A stretch of 64,000 nt of DNA, taken from NCBI RefSeq assembly GCF_003918875.1, contig NW_025767597.1, positions 124,001 to 188,000 of the forward strand, read 5' to 3'. The notes beneath the pieces were generated by a model. It was given only the letters and a program-made list of their open reading frames with translations, was not told where the DNA came from and searched no databases. The DNA comes from Haliotis rubra. Its lineage: Eukaryota. Below, piece by piece: positions 52,205-64,000 of this stretch; positions within the stretch are counted from its first letter, which is position 1; each line of letters starts with the position of its first letter. The translations under genes and the position numbers were made by a program.

Positions 52205-52787
52205 AAAAATATTTTTCTTATTTTTCATCCACAATTAGAATGTGGAATGAACTTCCAGTTGAAGTGAGAAAAAGCGAGTCATTGAATTCTTTTATATCAA
52301 ATATTGTTATAAAACATAAAACTGCTCCTCAATACTTTGATTCTGGACCGAGAATCACTAACATCATCCTTACAAAACTACGTTGTTCTTGTGGAAATGT
52401 TTGTGAAAATTCTTATCATTACTTATTTGACTGTCAATTATATACAGTACAGAGAACTATCATGATGACTAATTTACGCAGTATTACCAATGTGGATATA
52501 ACCTATGAGTTACTATTACATGGCAATGCAGATCTGACTGTTCACATAAATCAAAACATATTTAAAATTGTCCAAACATATATTTGTCATTCAAAACGAT
52601 TTTCTTAATTGTTGCAATTGTTCCTCTTTTTCCCATATTTCTGCTCTGTTCTTCTCTGTCCATCTTGTAGAATGAATGTAAATAATACTATGTAAATACT
52701 ACGGAGAGGGTGTTCTAAGTTGTATAACTTGTACCCAATCCTTTTCTCATGAATAAAATATGTTTAAAACAAAACAAACAAACAAAA
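52205..52787 (+). mobile_element. 3' fragment of CR1/L2-type LINE
   Basis: ORF 52240-52608: WNELP..R.S.SL.SF and CSCG...E...HYLFDC..Y...R typical of the LINE ORF2 C-terminus; AATAAA and (AAAC)n tail near 52752-52787. Confidence 0.75.
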
Positions 52788-53002
52788 ATAGTGTCACGCC
52801 TATATGAACCTTAATATACCTAACACAAACAAATAAACCCATGTACTAGGCTAATTGTAGAAGTTTAACAGGCTTGACACTGTACAACGAAATTACCTGG
52901 ACAAGTGTAGCGAAGACAAAGCAGTGTCCTCAAAATTGAAATGACTAAGGTTTCCATGTATGGCAATACGACCACTGATGCATCATTGTAGATACATCAT
53001 TC

Positions 53003-53006
<4 letters not shown>

Positions 53007-53048
<42 letters not shown>
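53007..53048. repeat. (CA)n(TA)n microsatellite
   Basis: Direct reading. Confidence 0.95.
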
Positions 53049-54260
53049 GTACAGCACACCTAATGGTCAGTATTGAAATGTAACAGTCAGTATAAACAGC
53101 ACTTAGTCAATGCCACGACTTGTCATAATGTTTCTTGTGAAATCTATAATGAGGCTCTTAACTACTCTGCCCGGTCCGGGTTCCTGTGATTCCCAAGCAA
53201 GCTGTGACAGTCAGAGATGAACGTATGAATCGTGCGGTATATCGGTATATATTGTTCACTGGATCACATTGAACCCAACTGCTTTTATCGTTGTTTGTTG
53301 TATCAATCACTGGATGATGTGTTCAAAGCTGCTCTATTTACAGGTAGTCGGTATATTGGCGGAGTGCTTTTGAGTGCTGTGTTACACAAACGAAACACTA
53401 AAAGTTACACACATATTCTCCAATATTCGACTCCTTTGCATCGTCGTAGATGCAACTGTATATACTGTCTCTTATTGAATACAGCTAGTAACAATCATCA
53501 TCATTACTTACGAGTAGATGCATCATTACAGTATCGCCTTCTGATAATTATAGTATATTTTCATAATGGGAAGTATAAAAGTACACGTCGAATGGTTAAA
53601 TGGCACTTTCCTCAACACAATGTATCAATGATTTATCCATGACTATTTTCTCTTCCATTAAAAAAAAACAGTTTAACTTTAATGTGGGATCACAATTCTA
53701 AATACTATCGCATTCTCTGGAAACAATGAGTGTGACTCAATGATAATGTTAAAGAGAAGTCGGTATGGTTATGCGCAGACAGGGTTATATGTCATTAAAA
53801 TTCTTTTCACAGCCACAAACAAGAGAATATTTTTCCACATTGTATCTATCTGGGGAACCGAACCCAGTCCTTCAGACTGACGAACGGTTGTTTATTCCAG
53901 TAGGCTGCCCCTTATTCCTCGACAGCAGTTTCAAGTACTAGTGGTTATTAGTTTATACCCCCAAGGAACTACATATTGGTTCACATCTAAGTCATCCACC
54001 ATTCCGAACAATTCTTGTCCACGGCATACTTTATTCATGTGAATGTAACACAAAATTATCATGTTAATAGTGACATCGTTTCAGAAAAAAAGAACCTTTC
54101 ATTTTGCCATTTTGATTCTGATTGGAAACTGTGTGCATGCAAGGATTCAGCTTGACTACTATCAGAGAAACACATGACTGAATTAAGAATAAATATTCAG
54201 ATTTATTTTCATAGCAAGTGCAGATTGTACAGATTCTTCTGAATCATTCTCTGAACATCA

Positions 54261-57200
54261 TCACTGGCTACTGCAGGCAGCCACACCAGCCTCAGGGAAG
54301 ACGAGGAACCCGAATGACTTCCCGGGGAAGGTAACCGTGTTTCTTTCCGTCCTGTAAGGTTTCAGCTCCGGCAGCGTATTATTGACAAGCTTTATCGGGT
54401 TGTTGTTCAAGGCCACGGTCCTGAAATGGTGAAGATGGAACAAGTGCTTTGCATGTTACTTATATTATTTTGTATACTCCCACACGATATCTGCACGTAT
54501 AAATAATAGTGTTGGTTTGGCCGGCCACTCACATAACGTGGTTTTCTGTGGTTTTCTAGAAGAAACTTAGTTTAATTTACCACCTGTAACATCAATCTAA
54601 ACTCTCGATTTGTAAATTCCCTGTTGCTGAGTCGATAGATTGATGTGAACCAGAAAGGCATCTATAGGTTGACAAATGGAATTATTTGCCAGTGTGTCTA
54701 TTGAATGGTGTAAACTAGAAAACGTTTAGATTGAAGGAGGACTTACTTGCTGGTGAGTCCATCGACTGGCGTCAGCCAGAACACATCTACAGGTTGGTCG
54801 GGAAATTGTGGAAACGTAATAGAGGTAGTGTTATCCGTGGGCAGCAGGAAGTACATCGTCACACTTCCGGGCGCGTAGCCATAGGAACTAAAACACAACA
54901 CTAAATTTTAGAGGACCGTTTCCTTAGCATGAACATGAATCTGAACTTATTATATTTTACTCCATATTCTGTATTGATTATGTTTGATTTTCAGTGGCGC
55001 ACGGAAGAAGACCTACGTACTTTATTATTTGATTAAAATGTGAACAAACGGTTGGCAAAAGTGTCTGGGCATCCAATCCTGTTCCCGGGCAGGTCATATC
55101 AGAAAACATCAATATATAGTACATGCTATGTACATCAACCTCATCTATTGTACAGACATTCATCTGGCGTCCAATCTGGTTATTCTCTAATTCATTATTT
55201 GTACGTATCTAACTGGCTTCAAATCAACTTACTTACTCTCAAATCAACTTACTTACTCTCTTACACAAGATCCGTACATCAGCCTATGAACCCATATATA
55301 CTGTATCTACTGTATACACAACTCATCCCCAATCTATTGCAATAGCAGCTCACGTATATATTCCCTCACATTGTTTCTCATGTATCACTTGCTTGACAAT
55401 GACATTAGAATCTATGTCGACACGTCGCCTTTCACAGAATAAAGAAGTTGTATATCCATGGAATTGTCATCATTGTTCATGACATATCTCAGTGAACTAG
55501 AAGGTTATCATAGGTCCATAATATTCAACGACTATATCAATCCCTGTGAACTTATTCAACATACCAACTGCCAGGACAAGTCCCTTCATACTTTCGTGAT
55601 ACCTAACCTCACATCGCATCCGTTCATTCAACAGATTTTTCTTACTCTGAATTTACGTCTTAGCAGGCTAATGCTTTAAAATATCTGGCTGCATTTTGTG
55701 TTTTGAAATTACATGGATGGCTTTGTGCAGTGGGCGTAGGCTCTGATGGTGCTGTTGTCCACGCTTGCCTCCACTGAAAGCACGGAACCTCCGACCAGTC
55801 TCTTATACAGGACAGTTAACCAGTAGTCCTGCAGAGGAACGCATGAACAAAACAAACTCATTAGCTTACATCAATATAAATAAAATATAGGAATGATTGA
55901 CTCCTCTACAACCATATTTTGTTGAGTTAAATGTTCAGTGATATTTATTGCTTTAAGAATTTTATCTGTGAAATGTTTGAGAAAAGAAATAATGAATTAG
56001 ACTAACTATTTGTCATTGTAACGTCTATTCAATATTTCAATGAACTCAGTGCGGTAAGTATCCATTCTGTTACGCAACATCATCTGCAGTCGTCTTTGGC
56101 AACGAAAACATAAATATGTTTCATCGTTATCACAGAAACTGCTTTTCCAAATGAAGTGTAACTGAATATAAACTTCTACTAGGACAAACGTCAATATGAT
56201 CAAGAATGTGTAACATCAGTGAAAGTGAGTGATTATGCCTCATTAGAAATCTTGCTCCACTTCATTTATATTTAATCAAATTCATTGCATGATGGGTAAT
56301 TTTCTCATTCCTTGATAAAAATGCACAGCATTCATCCAACTTTGGCTTTTTTCACCGCCTGCTTTAATAATCACAGTCGTGATTAATACAACATCATCCC
56401 AACTGACTCGTACATAAAATATCAAACATAATTAGGTTGAGATTAACCATGCTTGAATTTTCAATGAAACACTCACACCACTGGGCTTAAAGGCAACATT
56501 GCGGTACAGTCTATATAATAATAGAGGGTCACTGAAACTCAGGGATTTATTGTTGTAGGTGCTACATGTGTCTACCATTCCCAGTGATTCGTTATCCTAG
56601 CAGGAAGATGCCACCATGCCCATCCCTACACGCACCAGCCACATCGCCTGAGAAAGGTTTGATTTACAGGGCTGGATTTTTTTGTAAGCTAAAACACTAT
56701 CCTTGAAAACATTTGATCCAGCAGCAAGGAACGCTTAAAACCAGAGAAGCGTGCGCCGTGTACATGCACACTATATACATATATATGAACATACTTCCAG
56801 TTTCATTCATACGGGCAGTGGGTCAATGGTCGTCTCTATACTTACAGGCAATGGATCAAAGGTATCAGTGTCAATCAGTGGATAGTTGTCAACGTAGAAA
56901 TCCTGTCTGAGAACTGCTTTCAAGCCCATCCTGGCAGCAATACCAAGCTTGTCCAGCCACCTGGACAGCGTACACTTTCAAAAGGTGGTGTAGAAGTTGC
57001 AATAGAATGTACGTGTGCTGTGACTTCAGCCCATTTCTACATTTAAGGTCACAACATACGTGTCTGTTGTTTTACTAAACGATTTACGAATGAAGGCAAA
57101 TGTTATCTTGGGCTACTTATTTTGTAAATGTCACTTGAAAAAGCATTATCATGAACTACCATCAGTCATCATTATGCGAGTACAGTTGACTAAAGAACAA

Positions 57201-60200
57201 TTAGTTGACTAAAGTACAATGTGTATGTGTGAATTTTTGTGCTGATTTTTTTACGCACAGAAACCCAGCGACATATCTATCGGAGACTCCCGGAGCTCCG
57301 CCGTGATAACAGGAGGACGTCTCTCCCAGCCAGACTGGAGTCAGTGGGTTGGTGCGTCTTGACACATCCAGCGCTGTCTGTATGGCACTGACTAGTGTGT
57401 CCATCAACTTGGAATCTGTGAAATTGGGGAGTTGTGCGGTATCGCCGTTGGTGTAGTAACTGTCGATAGATTGGTAGATTGCAATTGTTGAGTCTCCGAT
57501 AGCAATTAATCGATGGAAGAAACGAAAAACTATCGACGCATCGATAGTATGTGTGACTATTGATAGTTTAGTAGTTGACTTCCGTTGGTACATGCGCAGC
57601 GCAAAATACAGGGTGTTTGGGTGCAGACTTAGTAGCTTCAATGAGATTGTTTTAACTGTTTACCTGACCTGGGTTTCAAGTTTCTTGCCAGTTATTAAAT
57701 ATTTCATATAAACTATACATTCATTTGGAAAACGACTTCAAATAGTTTTGCAGTAGTTGCTCTATAGACTATCGCTATCGCAATAGTATGTTGCAATAGA
57801 CTATCGCTTTCGCAATAAATGTAGCTGTTTCCCCCTCAATAGTCACCCTTAGTATTTTTCATATTTCTTGTCAAGTTGGAAGTATAGCTAACAAGTAAAA
57901 CGTGATAATTTACTCAGTAGCATGCCTTTTTTATACCAGCAGCCACGCCTATCATGATGAACTTCCACGACAGATGATAAAAGACTGTATATCAGAAAGT
58001 CAGTTCAAGTCATTTTCATGTAATAAATGTGGACATATTATATATGAACTGAATGATCTTTCACTAAGCCAAGGATGTATTGATGGAACTGTGTCAAAGA
58101 ATGTTAGATATAAGATTAGAATATTAAACCGTGCACGAAATGGTATTTGAGCATTGTAGAACATAAATATCAAAATCATTTGCACCTACTGGTGAAAAGT
58201 AATTCTGTCAACGGCCCTGTCTCCTCCTGCTCCGAAGAAACTGAAAAAACAAAAATGAATGATCATGGAAGTTTGCGTGGTTTAATATGTGTTCCTTGGT
58301 CGATAGCCGAGCATCATCTTCATAAATGATAGCCACGCATATCAATGCCACACTTGAGGCCACTGTGGCCAAGATTCCAACAGAGGCAGGATACCCTACG
58401 TGAAAATAATATAGCTGATCGCGATGTAATAGAACGCGACAAATCATGCTAGATTAGACCCTAGATGGTTGAGAAGATGTCTGGTTACACTTGACCAAAG
58501 CTCTATTGTATTGTAGCTTCCAAACCACTGATAAGATTACATGGTAATACATTCCTTACAACGAAAGGGTTCTGTTATTGAGAAGAAGATACCTTTCATG
58601 CCTGGGTATTAGCTTTGCGACCATGTGCACGACATGCGTATTTCTGAATTGTGTCATCGACTGAGCAGGATACCGAGTGTCATCACTGGTTTTGGTGATT
58701 CATAAACGCATGTATATTGTATTGTTTACGGTTGGACATGCTTACACCCACATGTGGCGCATTTGTTTGATAGTCAAGACTTGTTAGTTTCGCATTTGTT
58801 TGATAGTCAAGACTTGGTAGTTTCGCATTTGTTTGATAGTCCAGACTTGGTAGTTTCGCATTTGTTTGATAGTCAAGACTTGGTAGTTTCGCATTTGTTT
58901 GATAGTCAAGACTTGGTAGTTTCGCATTTGTTTGATAGTCAACACTTGGTAGTTTCGCATTTGTTTGATAGTCAAGACTTGGTAGTTTCGCATTTGTTTG
59001 ATAGTCAAGACTTAGTAGTTTATGCCAACGATCACTTTTATGTGAGCTGGGTCTATGTTTCTGTTGTTGGACTGAAGTCCCAGAATTGTATCAATGCCGA
59101 GTCAAGTACAAAGGAAATGGGCGGTCCACTACATTCAAAGCTGACGTCCACTGTGTTGTCAATCAAACAGTTTTCCTCCTTGTAAGCCCCCGAATCCTTG
59201 TGTTCCTGCACGGTGGTCGTAATTATAATTAACAACAGGAAGGTCTGCGCCATCGACCACTGTCATTACAGTTCTGCCGTGTTGCGCCGGGTTGTATACT
59301 TCCTTCTCCAGGCAAATTGTGGGAGTGGCTGGTGCCACCGACACTGTAGATATCTTCATAGTTCAAGTGGTCCGTTCATAAAGTGTTCACTGTTATTTTG
59401 CCCCTTTTACCTGGGAATTCTGTTTCTGAGGAACGGCAAGATTACATATGCATTTGTACTGACGTTTGCCATGTAGTAAACGTGGTGAGCAGTGAGAAAG
59501 CACCATGTGGAATGCTGGTCTACCTCACTGATGACATCTAGGAAATATGTTTGGGAAAAACGCTTAGAAAATAAAGAAGCATCCCCATGGTAACCAGTTG
59601 TGCTCCCCTTCTTTCACATTAGTTTCTTTCAATGCATATGAATCGGAATTTCTGTCGATCTGGGTGCAATCAAAACAAAGTAGCATAATTTGGTCGTCCG
59701 AAAAACATTAATTAACCAATCCAATCTGAGTTGTTGACATACTTAAATGAGTAAAATGAGATGATTGTTTCATACTGAGATCTTTGCATAGAGAATCAGA
59801 CAGATTATCAACTCTCCTAAAGGTCGTGTGACAAGAGGGATGTCTTCAGCCTTCCGACAGTCAGATTTCAAGCCCCTCCTTTGGTGGTTATATTTCAGAA
59901 CGTTTGAGGCAGAATCGAACATGGCCTGTTTGCCACTAGTGTCAGACGACGTTTGGATGACAAATGTTCATGGCATATACGGAGTCGCACAATCAACTTT
60001 GCTCATGAGCGAGGTTTTCTGTGAACATGTATTGCGGTCAGTGAACCCCCTACGTATCAGTTATCCTCGTTCGTATATTATTCTCATAAATGATGACAAA
60101 GCGTTCATCGTGATGTGTTGTGGGGAATAGGAGAGGTCCAACGTTATATGTATATTCACATTGCTCACACACAGAACACTCTGTAGAAGCGAGGAAAATA

Positions 60201-62696
60201 TACAAACTATTTGTTGACTGGGTACAATTTATTTTATTATGTAAGCATATTTTTCCGGCTACCTGATCTTACTGTTGTCATGAAAATATTACATTCATTA
60301 AAAAACGACGACGCATTACGCACACTATAGTTTTGTCCCGATACGTCATGTGTGTATTTATCAGTCAGGTATCCTGACTGCATAGTAGACCGCGAGCAGG
60401 ATTTTGCCGGTCGCTGGAAACGTCCAATAATTTGTTTGTACGAGCTGGACAGCCGCTCACCTGTAATTTTGGTTAACAGCTGGAATCTCACCTGTGTTTT
60501 GTGTGTACACGTCAGAAATTCCGTTGAACTTGTTATTGTTGTTTCGCCTGCCCAATGTTGACAATTCGATTTATGTGTTACCTTGACGTTCCAGTATATC
60601 TTACATAATGCCATTACGATAATTTGACTTATGATCCATGCCTGTACCAAATATTTGCCAACACGAACGCTCTTGGTCACTTATATTAAGGATGAAGCAA
60701 AGAAAGTACTCAGTATAATTTGGTTGGGCTCATATAAACTGTATGGCCACGGCTCTGGCGATGTACTCACTCAGCAAAGAACTGTGTACTTGATCCAGTT
60801 ACAGAGGCCACGTCAGGTCCAATTACTGGTGTTGTCTCATACCCGGGTGTCGATCGGAGCAGCTTCTTGAAGTTGTCGAAGTCCATACCTATCTGTCTGC
60901 CACTCACAGTGATGTTATATTGCTCAGGGAATATGTCAGGTTCTGTAAAAAATAACACTTTTCTGAGAACATAAGAGGAATGTTATTTTCAAGTCATTCA
61001 TAATAGTAGGACCTGTACCCTGATTTTGAAGAGAAGTGGCAAAATTCTCGAATTCAAAAGTTATGAGATTTGCACAATTTTGCACATTGTAATTTGGTAT
61101 GTTAAAGTAGAATCATTTAACATGGTAACTTTCAGCCACATCTTTCCATGCATATGGTTATGTCAATACCATTTCCGAGTTCCAGGCCTGCCAGTTGGTA
61201 CCCCTTCGCACTGTTGTATTGCAGCAGTTCTTTTGCGTTGGTAGGATCCCACTTCCCCCTCCTTCCTCTTCAGGGCGTTCAGACCAAATATTAACTTCCA
61301 GTCGACATCCTGGACAAATGTATTAAGAGCATCCCAGGAAGCTCCTGCAGACACAACAGACTTAACGATAGTGAGATCACAAATACCTAAAATGTTGGAA
61401 TATTCGGAGCATCTGTTATCGTGAGCCCCCAAGAGGACTGCACTGGCCTCCTGGATATACATATATGTGCAATACCATAGCTCAACAAACTATTAATATA
61501 ATAAGGAGATATACGCACCTGTAAAAGTATGATTGACATCTGTTGTGCCATGACCTGTAGGGTCAAAGGTCAGGTTGTCACCCCCCAGTTCCTCCAATCC
61601 TCAGATAGCATGGAGACAAACCTTTCGCCAGGGCCTGAACTTTCTGAGAGCTGGAGGTAAACAGCAGCGTGGCACTAGGAAAATCTTGGTACTGAGTTAC
61701 CACCTTTTTACATAATGGCGTCGAGGCAGGAACAAAGAGTTCAAATAAATATCACACATATACAATGTATTAACGGATAAAACACCAAAACAGAAATGGC
61801 ATAATGTATTTACATACATTCCGTTTCTGCGCTCAACGGTTTGGATACAATGTTCTTACAGACATCTGCTAAAACATTGGCGGATCCAGAGAGAGAGGAG
61901 GGTGGGGGTGGGGCGGTCACGGGGTTCGACCCTCCCCTTTTAAAAAATGACTTAAGACCACATGGAAGATTTTANNNNNNNNNNNNNNNNNNNNNNNNNN
62001 NNNNNNNNNNNNNNNNNNNNNNNNNNNNNNNNNNNNNNNNNNNNNNNNNNNNNNNNNNNNNNNNNNNNNNNNNNNNNNNNNNNNNNNNNNNNNNNNNNNN
62101 NNNNNNNNNNNNNNNNNNNNNNNNCCCATGTAATATGACCTAGTTTAGTTTCTTAGTGGTTAGCCTTATCAGGACCTTTGGTCTGTATTTTTCACTAATT
62201 TGCCTGAATGTAGATTTGAAATATGACGTGCCCCAAAGTTCAGATACAATAAACTATGTTTTTTATCAGAGGGACCACAAATTTGAGTTTGATATATCTG
62301 TCGTTCCTTATGTGTCGTTCTAAAGTTCTAAAATATTCAGCACCTAGTCGGGAAACAAGCAGTTCGTTGTGTTCGTTATTGTTCTTTATGAACGTAGCGT
62401 ACTGCATGAGTGTGCCCCGAATACGATTTAATAACTTCAAATGGAAGGAATCTTCAATAACATGATAGCTGCTGACTTCTATGCCGATCACCTTGACATA
62501 CTTACTTGAAGTCTAATCCTCCCCAGTTCGCTGAGGCAGGCAGGAGATGGGAGTCCAGAGTGACGCCAATGAATAAGTCATCAATAAATGAAACTACTTG
62601 TGTTGTTAAAACTGTGACGCTGACATTGACTCCTGCCGTTGCTGTGTGGGATATAAAAGTGGTGACCAGGAGAAGCGCTGGCAGTGTTCCCTTCAT
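54261..62696 (-). CDS. HPSE-like: Heparanase-like GH79 copy G (divergent paralog); two +1 G-run frameshifts as assembled (sequencing error or recent pseudogene)
   Basis: Exons 62506-62696, 61519-61650 (132 vs 131 nt), 61170-61344 (175 vs 174 nt), 60771-60942, 58190-58240, 57259-57459, 56846-56960, 55713-55828, 54747-54887, 54261-54420. Motifs LELGN|[34 protein letters not shown]|DYWL, C-terminal EAGVAAC. Confidence 0.87.
58758..59020. repeat. 33-bp minisatellite, ~8 copies, gene G intron 4
   Basis: Unit cgcatttgtttgatagtcaagacttggtagttt in direct tandem, no spacers. Confidence 0.95.
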
Positions 62697-62750
62697 TGTC
62701 TCAGGCCTTTCTTATCGGAATGTTTGTCCCATGTAATCTGCATTTATATG

Positions 62751-63300
62751 TACAGTGGAAGCCGTTTAAACCAGTACCCGTCGCGACTGAAGAAATGATC
62801 TGGTTTAGACAGCCGAATTGTAGAGCTGACACGGTTACCTACGACTAGAACTGAACCAGTTTTGTCACTCTCATATTCACTTTTATTCACTTGTGACAAA
62901 TTTGAAAAAATCCGACATTTTGGTTTGTTCCTTTACAGCTGATGATTCTCGATGTGGGACAGCAAGCGCGTCACGCAAGAAAACGAGAAGTGCTTCATTT
63001 CTTTGTATATTTTGAGGAAGCCTCTCATTGTCATGGAGGGCTGCTTCTCCGGAACCTCTGTCTCTTCGTCGGAGGAAGAATGCACGGTGTCTTCCTCCTT
63101 TGGAGTGCTCCTCCCACTCCTGCGCGTGTGGGATTTCTGTTGGGATGCCAAAGTCACTGGCCACGAAATCTGCTGTCGTCATATCAGGGGGAGAGAATGG
63201 AGAAGAGCCTAGCCCAGAATGTCGTCATCTTCGTCATCACTTTCCTCTCTGATAGGACAGGCATGAACACCACAGAACGCAGTATATAGACAGTGGTAGG
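62751..63300 (-). mobile_element. pogo/Tigger transposon relic (transposase C-terminus plus TIR)
   Basis: TA|CAGTGGAAGCCGTTTAAACC terminus at 62751; acidic tract (SSSDEETE) and terminal PIP-box-like KEQTKMSDFFK typical of pogo/Tigger transposase C-termini; frameshifted. Confidence 0.7.
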
Positions 63301-63345
63301 TGCTCATGATTCCTTCACTGACATGTATAATGTTGTGTCGTCAAG

Positions 63346-63591
63346 CATGGAATACTGTAAGGGACATTCTCGCGATATCGCATTCTTGCGTTCTCGCGAT
63401 TTCATGTTTTTATGGCCATTTTGACTTGTCGAGATACCAAAAACACGAGAATGCGAGATCGCGAGAAAGTGAGATTTTGGCCAAATCTCGAGATCTCGCA
63501 TTCTCGCACTTTTGGCATTTTTAGCTTGTTTCCAAAGGTCGAGATCGCGAGAATGCGAGATCGCGAGAATGTCCCTTACAGTATTCCATAG
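63346..63591. mobile_element. CpG-rich palindromic MITE
   Basis: TIR atggaatactgtaagggacattctcgcgat / atcgcgagaatgtcccttacagtattccat; internal tctcgcgaga-like repeats; TCAAG on both flanks. Confidence 0.8.
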
Positions 63592-64000
63592 TCAAGAGCA
63601 TTTGTTGCTTATATATCATCTTTAATATATAATTTGTTGTGTCGTCATCAATACGGACATATATATATAGTCTTTATTCATGTGAATGTAGGCCATCGGC
63701 CCATTGTACAACGTTATACATTGGCAGCCTTCAAGCTGCAGCGACGACGATTGTTAGCATAGAAGATGAACATTGCAAGATTTCTTAAAACAAGAGGAGT
63801 AGCATTACACATCAGTCAATTAAATTTACACAAGGTTGGATGGGTGAAAACATGGACAGGGATAAAACATTTACGTAGATCATCATAGGCAGAACAAATC
63901 AGTAAAAAGTGGTACTCATTTTCTACATAGTTACAGGAACACATTTCAGTTGGTGTGATCTACACCTGAACCTCACCAAAGCAATAAGAAATTTCTTGAT

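Noticed and set aside
58754-59185. Repetitive ORF ([11 protein letters not shown])n / possible CRISPR-like array
   Set aside because: Contiguous 33-bp units with no unique spacers, in a eukaryotic intron; the open frame results from unit length being divisible by 3.
1-64000. Prokaryotic operon or defence-system interpretation
   Set aside because: Spliceosomal introns, SINEs/LINEs and low coding density show this is animal genomic DNA.

Overview
Eukaryotic, intron-rich, repeat-rich invertebrate DNA with four N-gaps (127-338, 2368-2539, 35944-36104, 61975-62124). The (GAGT)n-tailed SINEs suggest a gastropod such as abalone; this is an inference from memory. The window holds a head-to-tail array of seven minus-strand heparanase-like (glycoside hydrolase family 79) genes, here called A-G. 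Each has 10 coding exons (A runs off the window start), about 480 aa, a signal peptide, the acid/base motif ELGN|EP split by an intron and the nucleophile motif LGET. All seven lack the ~50-aa proenzyme linker and the basic heparin-binding clusters of vertebrate heparanase, carrying a short, mostly Gly/Ser/Thr-rich loop instead. They are therefore predicted to be secreted, constitutively open-cleft endo-beta-glucuronidases with diversified substrate loops. Copies B, D and F look intact. C has a broken acceptor and a LINE insertion, E is a pseudogene, and G has two +1 homopolymer frameshifts. D looks like a C/E chimera produced by unequal crossover inside exon 8. Introns and spacers carry a near-full-length APE-RT LINE, several SINE families, MITEs, Tc1, pogo and Penelope relics, and minisatellites.
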